Below, piece after piece: positions 58,592 to 64,000 of a stretch of DNA of 64,000 bases. Source of the stretch: an uncultured delta proteobacterium (GTDB lineage: Bacteria > Myxococcota_A > Polyangia > Polyangiales > Polyangiaceae). The stretch covers positions 288,001-352,000 of the forward strand of contig CAWDXG010000001.1 in assembly GCA_963806225.1 (NCBI GenBank), given 5' to 3'. The first letter of the stretch is position 1. The number at the start of each line of letters is the position of its first letter. A model generated the notes under the pieces. That model saw only the letters and a list, made by a program, of their open reading frames with translations, searched no databases and was not told the origin of the DNA. Made by a program: the position numbers and the translations under genes.

Positions 58592-59526
58592 GCAGAACCC
58601 CGACGCCGCCCGCGGGGCCCGCCGCCCGCATCGCAAGCTGGTTGTTCGCGCCGCAGCCGGTGGAACGGCTCGAGCTCTTGCGCATCCTGCTGCCGCTCGC
58701 CGTCCTCGGCTTCCTCTCCACGCGGATCGCGCACGCCGATCACTGGCTCTCGCTCGGCGGCTTCCAGGTGCCTGACCTGGGTCACCCTGACTACCGCCAG
58801 CCGATGTACCTCTCGCCGCTCGACCCGTGGCAGGCGTGGACCGTCGGCGCGCTCATCGTCGCTTCCGCGATCGCCACCTCGCTCGGCGCGTTCACCCGTG
58901 TCTCGAGCGGCGTGCTGGCGTTCCTTCTCGCCTACGTCGCGCTCGCCGACCGCATCGAAGCGTTCACCGTCAACAAGCTCGGTACCGCGCTCGTGATCGC
59001 GCTGTTCCTGTCGCCCGCCGGCGCGCGCTACAGCATCGACGCCTGGCGTGCCCATCGCGCGCAGCAACGGCTTTCGTCAAAGCGCCGGCGACCAGCGCCG
59101 GCGGTGGTCGCCGGCGGGAGCGTGCGCTTCTTCCAGATCGTGATCGTCGTGATGTACGCGGCCAGCGGCATCGCCAAGATGCACGGCGATTGGCTTTCCG
59201 ACCCGCTCGTCATCTGGAGCCACATGCACGACTCCTACCAGAGCGGGTTCGCCTACTTCCTTGCGCGCCACGTGCCCGCCATCGGCTGGACCAGCATGCA
59301 GGGCGCGACGCTGGCGTACGAGCTCCTGGCGCCGCTGTGGTACGGCTGGGCGCGTACGCGGCGCTACGCCCTGTACTTCGGGCTCGGGATGCACGCGACG
59401 ATCGCGGTCTTGTTCCCGCCCGTGATGTGGTTTTCGCTGCTGATGATGTCTGTGCTCTTTGCCGGCTACGCGCCGCTGCACTGGCTGACCTCGTCCGCAC
59501 CGCTCGGCGAGCCCGCCGCGGCCTGA
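58588..59526 (+). CDS. HTTM-domain membrane protein (SdpB/vitamin K-dependent carboxylase-like)
   Basis: LG.FTR, SPAGARYSIDA, QIVIVVMYAASGIAK..GDW, YEL..P, GMHATI. Confidence 0.8.
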   Translation: MSRTPTPPAGPAARIASWLFAPQPVERLELLRILLPLAVLGFLSTRIAHADHWLSLGGFQVPDLGHPDYRQPMYLSPLDPWQAWTVGALIVASAIATSLGAFTRVSSGVLAFLLAYVALADRIEAFTVNKLGTALVIALFLSPAGARYSIDAWRAHRAQQRLSSKRRRPAPAVVAGGSVRFFQIVIVVMYAASGIAKMHGDWLSDPLVIWSHMHDSYQSGFAYFLARHVPAIGWTSMQGATLAYELLAPLWYGWARTRRYALYFGLGMHATIAVLFPPVMWFSLLMMSVLFAGYAPLHWLTSSAPLGEPAAA

Positions 59527-59656
59527 GCCGGCGCTCGACGGCGCCAGGCGCCCCCGGGTCGGGCGCCCTGGTACGGGCGCGCGACAATCGGGCAAACCTG
59601 CAGGATTTCGCGGGGGTGTGGCCGAAACGCCGGCGGTTGTCTAGTCTGTTGGACCG

Positions 59657-61318
59657 GTGCCCCCGCTCCCCGGCCCAGAAACTGTGCGCCTCGTCCCGCT
59701 CGGCGGGCTGGGCGAGATCGGCATGAACTGCTTCGCACTGGAGCAGGCCGACGGCATCCTGGTGGTCGACTGCGGCATGGCCTTCCCGCATGTGGATCTC
59801 GGCATCGACGTGATCCATCCGGACTTCAGTTGGCTTTTGGCACGGGCGGAACGAGTGCGGGGAGTGTTCCTCACGCACGGTCACGAGGATCACATTGGCG
59901 GGTTGCCGTATCTGCTTCCCCAGCTCGACGTGCCGGTGTGGGGGCCACCGCACGCGCTTGGACTCGTGCGACGCCGCCTCGCGGAACACGATTTCCGGCC
60001 CGGCGACGTTCCCTTCCACGTGGCAGTCGCGGGGGAGCACTACCAGGTAGGCCCCTTCGAAGTCGAACCGGTGCGCGTCGCGCACTCGATCGTCGAAGCG
60101 AGCGCGCTGCGGATCTCCACCGCGGCCGGCACCATCGTGCACAGCGGCGACTTCAACTTCGATCCCGATCCGCCCGACGGCGAGCCCACGGATGAAGCGC
60201 GCCTGCGGGCCATCGGCGACGCGGGCGTCGATCTCCTGCTCAGCGACAGCACCAACATCGACGTGGCGGAGCGCACGGGCTCGGAAAAGGGCGTTGCGGC
60301 GGCGCTGGAAGAGCTGGTGCAGCAGGCGGAACACTGCGTGTTCGTCGTGATGTTCGCCAGCAACATCCAGCGGCTGATGATGCTGGGGGAAATTGCACAG
60401 CGGAGCGGTCGGAAGCTCTGCCTGCTCGGCCGCAGCCTGAACACGCAGGTCGAGGTTGCCACCGCCATCGGCCGCCTTGCCTGGCCGAGCGATCTGCGCG
60501 TGGCCCCCGAGCAGGCGCACAGCGTTCCGCGGGAACAGCTGCTGGTGCTCGCCGGGGGGTCGCAGGCCGAACCGCACTCGGCCATGGCCCGTCTCGCCCA
60601 CGGTGCCCACCAGCACATGTCCGTGGAAGCGGGCGACACCGTGGTGCTGTCGAGCCGCATCATTCCGGGCAACGACCGCGCCGTCTTCGACATGATGAGC
60701 AATCTGATGCGCCTGGGCGTCAGCGTGCACACCCGCATCTCCGATCCCGGCGTGCACACCAGCGGTCACGCAGGGCGCTCGGAGCAGCAGCGCATGCTCG
60801 AGCTAGTCCGCCCGCGCGCGTTCGTGCCGGTCCACGGCACATTTCATCACCTGACGCGCCACGCGGAGCTCGCCCGTTCGCTCGGCGTGAAGCAGGTGGC
60901 GGTGATCGAGAACGGCACCCCCGTGGTGCTTTCGGAAGGGCGGCTCCATGTGGAAGAAGCGGTGCCCCACGGTCCGGTCGCCGTCGCTCCGGGAGGTGTC
61001 CGGTTGACCGAAGAGGACCTGCGCCGCCGCGCCGAGCTGGCCCGGACGGGCGCCGTGAGCGTGGCGCTCGTGCTGGACGACGCGCTTTCCCTGGTCGCCG
61101 GGCCCAGCGTCCGCGCCCGCGGCGTGCCCGGAGTGGACGACGACCCGGCGGCGTTGGCGGCAATAGCGAGCGAGGTCGTCCGCACTCTGGACCGGGTGCG
61201 GGGCTGGCAGGGCCTGGATCTGGAAGACGAGCTCCGGCGCGCCGCCCGCCGCGCCGTCCACGACCTGACCGGCTTCCGCCCGGTCGTGGAAGTCCAGCTG
61301 CTGGAAGCGGTTTCCTGA
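59657..61318 (+). CDS. rnj: Ribonuclease J
   Basis: PLGGLGEIGMN, THGHEDHIG, HSGDF, DSTN, FASNIQR, IPGN, HTSGH, PVHG. Confidence 0.95.
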   Translation: MPPLPGPETVRLVPLGGLGEIGMNCFALEQADGILVVDCGMAFPHVDLGIDVIHPDFSWLLARAERVRGVFLTHGHEDHIGGLPYLLPQLDVPVWGPPHALGLVRRRLAEHDFRPGDVPFHVAVAGEHYQVGPFEVEPVRVAHSIVEASALRISTAAGTIVHSGDFNFDPDPPDGEPTDEARLRAIGDAGVDLLLSDSTNIDVAERTGSEKGVAAALEELVQQAEHCVFVVMFASNIQRLMMLGEIAQRSGRKLCLLGRSLNTQVEVATAIGRLAWPSDLRVAPEQAHSVPREQLLVLAGGSQAEPHSAMARLAHGAHQHMSVEAGDTVVLSSRIIPGNDRAVFDMMSNLMRLGVSVHTRISDPGVHTSGHAGRSEQQRMLELVRPRAFVPVHGTFHHLTRHAELARSLGVKQVAVIENGTPVVLSEGRLHVEEAVPHGPVAVAPGGVRLTEEDLRRRAELARTGAVSVALVLDDALSLVAGPSVRARGVPGVDDDPAALAAIASEVVRTLDRVRGWQGLDLEDELRRAARRAVHDLTGFRPVVEVQLLEAVS

Positions 61319-61386
61319 GGCCGGCTCCAGAACGGAAAACCCGTTCCACAGCAGCACGCTGGATGGCAGACTAGGAAACCGGCCCC

Positions 61387-62634
61387 ATGCTCCGTCCTCT
61401 TCCGTTCCTGACCCGGGTCTGTCGCCGCTGGGTCCTGACAGCGCTTCTCGTGCCGGCCGTCGCTGCGTGCGGGGGCTACGTCCACGTCAAACCGGTCGCC
61501 ACGTCCGTGCAGAAGCCGAGCAACGTGGCCGTGTACCTGGCTGTGTCCGCCCTGGGCAAGCCGCTCACCGATCTCACGGCCGACAACTTCAAGATCTACG
61601 AGGACAACCAGCTGCTCGATTCGAAGAAGATCGGGCTCACGCTGCTGCCCGCCGATTCGGTGGCCGAACACCGTGTGATCCTGCTGGTGGATATCACCGG
61701 AGACAGCGCGGCCCGCAAGGCGCAGGCCGATGCCGCGGCGAAGTTCGTCGCGGAGGTGCAGAAGGACCAGTCGGTCAGCGTGTTCGCATTCGACGGTGCG
61801 GCCGAGCTCCACCCGGTGGCGGATTTCAAGAAGGAGGACAGCGCGGACAGCTCGAAGAGCGCGGACAGCTCGAAGAGCGCGGACAGCTCGAAGAGCGCGG
61901 ACAGCTCGAAGAGCGCCGGCAGTCCGTCGAGCCTGGACAAGCTCGAGCAGATGAAGATGACCGACCAGTCGCGAAACCTCTACGGCGCCGTGGCTGCGGG
62001 GCTTTCCAAGCTCGACAGCTCCCTCGGCGGCGACGACCGGCCGGTGCACGTCGGAACGCTCGTGGTGTTCACGAGCGGTCCCGATCTGGCAGGGCGGCGC
62101 ACCTACTCGGATCTCGATAGCGAGCTCGACAACACGCCCTACCCAGTCGTCGCCATCGGGGAGGGAGCCGACAAGAAGGTCTCGCTCAGCCACATCGGCA
62201 GGGACGGCACCTTCCGCGTGCAGGGAACGGTCAGCCTCGACGAGGCTTTCGCCAAGGCGGCCCAGCAGGTCAAGTCGCTCGAATCCGGCAACTACCTCCT
62301 CTCGTACTGCTCCCCGTCGCGCGGCGGTGTGCGCAGGCTGCGCGTCCAGATCACGATCACCGACAAGAAGGGGACCAAGCAGACGGGCGACACCGACGTG
62401 CGCTTCTCCGCCGACGGCTTCGCGCCCGGCTGCAAGAGCGACACGCCGCCCCGCTTCACCGCGAAGCTCACCGCACAAGGAGTGCCGGGCATCGGCGACG
62501 CCACGGAGGAAACCAAGCCGGCCGAGACGAAGAAGAAGCCCGTGCATCACGCGCCGGCGCACCACGCCGTGCACCACGCGCCGCCCAGGAAGCCCCCGCC
62601 GAAGAAGGCGCCGGTCGAGGACTTCGAGCCCTGA
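61387..62634 (+). CDS. VWA-domain lipoprotein
   Basis: Lipobox VAAC; LTADNFKIYED, ILLVDITG, NLYGAV, LVVFTSG, YLLSYCSP. Confidence 0.75.
   Translation: MLRPLPFLTRVCRRWVLTALLVPAVAACGGYVHVKPVATSVQKPSNVAVYLAVSALGKPLTDLTADNFKIYEDNQLLDSKKIGLTLLPADSVAEHRVILLVDITGDSAARKAQADAAAKFVAEVQKDQSVSVFAFDGAAELHPVADFKKEDSADSSKSADSSKSADSSKSADSSKSAGSPSSLDKLEQMKMTDQSRNLYGAVAAGLSKLDSSLGGDDRPVHVGTLVVFTSGPDLAGRRTYSDLDSELDNTPYPVVAIGEGADKKVSLSHIGRDGTFRVQGTVSLDEAFAKAAQQVKSLESGNYLLSYCSPSRGGVRRLRVQITITDKKGTKQTGDTDVRFSADGFAPGCKSDTPPRFTAKLTAQGVPGIGDATEETKPAETKKKPVHHAPAHHAVHHAPPRKPPPKKAPVEDFEP
61840..61911 (+). repeat. In-frame tandem repeat, 4 x 18 bp (SADSSK)
   Basis: AGCGCGGACAGCTCGAAG x4, perfect copies. Confidence 0.95.
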
Positions 62635-62635
62635 G

Positions 62636-63640
62636 ATGAGGCGCACGCTCGTTGCGCTGGCGCTGCCGGCGCTCGTCGCCCTTTCCGGGGGATGCCACCA
62701 CGAAGAGAAGCAGAGCGCCGCGCCGGCTCCGCAGGCGAAGACGCCCACTTCCCCGAGCAGGCCGAAGCCGCCGAACCCGCTCCGCTACCCGGCGCCTGTA
62801 CGGCTCGTGGCGATCGGCGACCTGCACGGCGATCTCGGTTCCACGCGGGCTGCGCTCCGGCTGGCCGGCGCCATCAACAGCGACGACGACTGGATCGGCG
62901 GCAAGCTGGTGGTGGTGCAGGTCGGTGACGAGCTCGACCGCGGCGACCAGGATCGCGAGATCCTCGAGCTGTTCGGAAGCCTGAAGGACAAGGCGAAGAA
63001 GGCCGGAGGCCGCGTCATCGCGCTCGACGGCAACCACGAGGTGATGAACGTCCAGGGCGACTTCCGCTACACCACGCATGGCGGCTTCGAGGAGTTCAAG
63101 GGCAGCGCGGGCGCGCAGATGGCGGGCATTACTGGGCGCTTTCCGCCCATCGCGCGCGGCCGGGCCGTGGCGTTCCATCCCGGTGGCGAGTGGGCTCGTC
63201 GTCTGGCGAAGCGCAGCGTCGTCGCCATCGTCGGCGACAGCGTGTTCGTGCATGGCGGGCTCCTGCCGAAGCACGTGGGCTACGGGCTCGATCGCATCAA
63301 CGCCGAGACCAGCGCGTGGATGCGAGGCCAGGGCGAACTGCCCACCCTGATGCAGCGCGAGGACGCGCCGATCTGGCTGCGCGCCTACTCCGAAGGCGAG
63401 CCCGACGCGGCCACCTGTTCCGGGCTGCACCAGGTGCTGCACCGCCTGCACGCAAGGCGCATGGTCGTCGGCCACACCGTCCAGAAGGATGGCATCACCT
63501 CGGCCTGCAACGGCGGCGTGTGGCGCATCGACGTGGGGCTCTCCGACTTCTACGGCGGCCCCACCCAGGTGCTCGAGATCGACGGAGACGGCGTCAAGGT
63601 GCTCGGCAAGCCCGCCCAGCCCGCCAAGGCCGCGGAGTAG
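62636..63640 (+). CDS. Shewanella-like (Shelph) metallophosphoesterase lipoprotein
   Basis: Lipobox SGGC; GDLHGD, GDELDRG, GNHEVMN, FVHGG, VVGHT, IDVG. Confidence 0.88.
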   Translation: MRRTLVALALPALVALSGGCHHEEKQSAAPAPQAKTPTSPSRPKPPNPLRYPAPVRLVAIGDLHGDLGSTRAALRLAGAINSDDDWIGGKLVVVQVGDELDRGDQDREILELFGSLKDKAKKAGGRVIALDGNHEVMNVQGDFRYTTHGGFEEFKGSAGAQMAGITGRFPPIARGRAVAFHPGGEWARRLAKRSVVAIVGDSVFVHGGLLPKHVGYGLDRINAETSAWMRGQGELPTLMQREDAPIWLRAYSEGEPDAATCSGLHQVLHRLHARRMVVGHTVQKDGITSACNGGVWRIDVGLSDFYGGPTQVLEIDGDGVKVLGKPAQPAKAAE

Positions 63641-63668
63641 CGCCGCGCAGCTCTCCGCCGCGCGGCGC
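63640..63668. terminator. GC-rich hairpin between convergent genes
   Basis: GCGCCGCGC-N11-GCGCGGCGC. Confidence 0.35.
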
Positions 63669-63681
63669 CTCCACGGATCGA

Positions 63682-64000
63682 TCAGGCCGCCGGCGGCGTG
63701 TCGCTGCGGAACAGCTCGACCTTCTCCAGCACCTGGTCTTCCTGCGGCATGTCGCGCGAACCGGTCGCGACGCGCGCGATCTTGTTGACCACATCCTGGC
63801 CGGCCACGACGTGACCGAACACGGCGTGCTTGTTGTCGAGATGCGGCGTCGGCCCCTCGGTGATGAAGAACTGCGCGCCGTTGGTGCCCGGGCCCGAGTT
63901 GGCCATGGACAGGACGCCGGGGCGGTTGTGCTTGAGCTCCGGGTGGAACTCGTCGCCGAAGCGGTAGCCCGGGTTGCCGGTGCCCCAGCGCCCGCGCATG
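63682..64000 (-). CDS. Cyclophilin-type peptidyl-prolyl isomerase (5' end off window)
   Basis: [38 protein letters not shown]. Confidence 0.95.
   Translation of the reverse strand, partial: MRGRWGTGNPGYRFGDEFHPELKHNRPGVLSMANSGPGTNGAQFFITEGPTPHLDNKHAVFGHVVAGQDVVNKIARVATGSRDMPQEDQVLEKVELFRSDTPPAA

Noticed and set aside
23781..59526. A complete bacterial vitamin K cycle (VKOR plus carboxylase-like HTTM) as one system
   Set aside because: The genes are about 33 kb apart, and a VKOR-Trx fusion is adequately explained by disulfide formation.
61840..61911. Possible CRISPR array (also 10231-10290 and 33645-33810)
   Set aside because: No unique spacers, units are multiples of 3 inside CDS, and there are no cas genes.

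Overview
This is a very GC-rich chromosomal segment. Several traits point to Myxococcota, most like Polyangiaceae (inference): a MYXO-CTERM tail, Glt-like TPR operon, bacNOP-like bactofilin trio, Ser/Thr kinase-PEGA module and many Cys-rich lipoproteins. It holds about 52 CDS. Housekeeping genes (gpmA, pyrE, aroF, trxA, purB, rnj, TrmH- and RlmI-type methyltransferases, cyclophilin) are interleaved with envelope and accessory loci. I found no rRNA, tRNA, CRISPR array or transposase. Most notable: (1) a gltC/gltD/gltE-like TPR operon lacking the inner-membrane GltG/GltF/Agl motor genes; (2) a coupled VKOR-DsbA fusion / six-Cys OmpA-like / TlpA operon near an LMF1 homologue; (3) a long HNH gene with a leaderless sigma70-like promoter overlapped by a myxobacterial LexA-like box, lying between two peptidoglycan-hydrolase lipoproteins; (4) a ~110-nt G-U-rich strand-specific rod hairpin at 20814-20921, a candidate ncRNA; (5) a 46-bp near-perfect palindrome at 8317-8362; (6) a sulfoquinovosidase-like GH31 that appears to lack the sulfonate-binding residues; (7) two single-base frameshifts (GH25 gene, middle bactofilin) and two gene remnants flanking a kinase cassette. 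All family calls come from motif recognition by eye; no searches were run.
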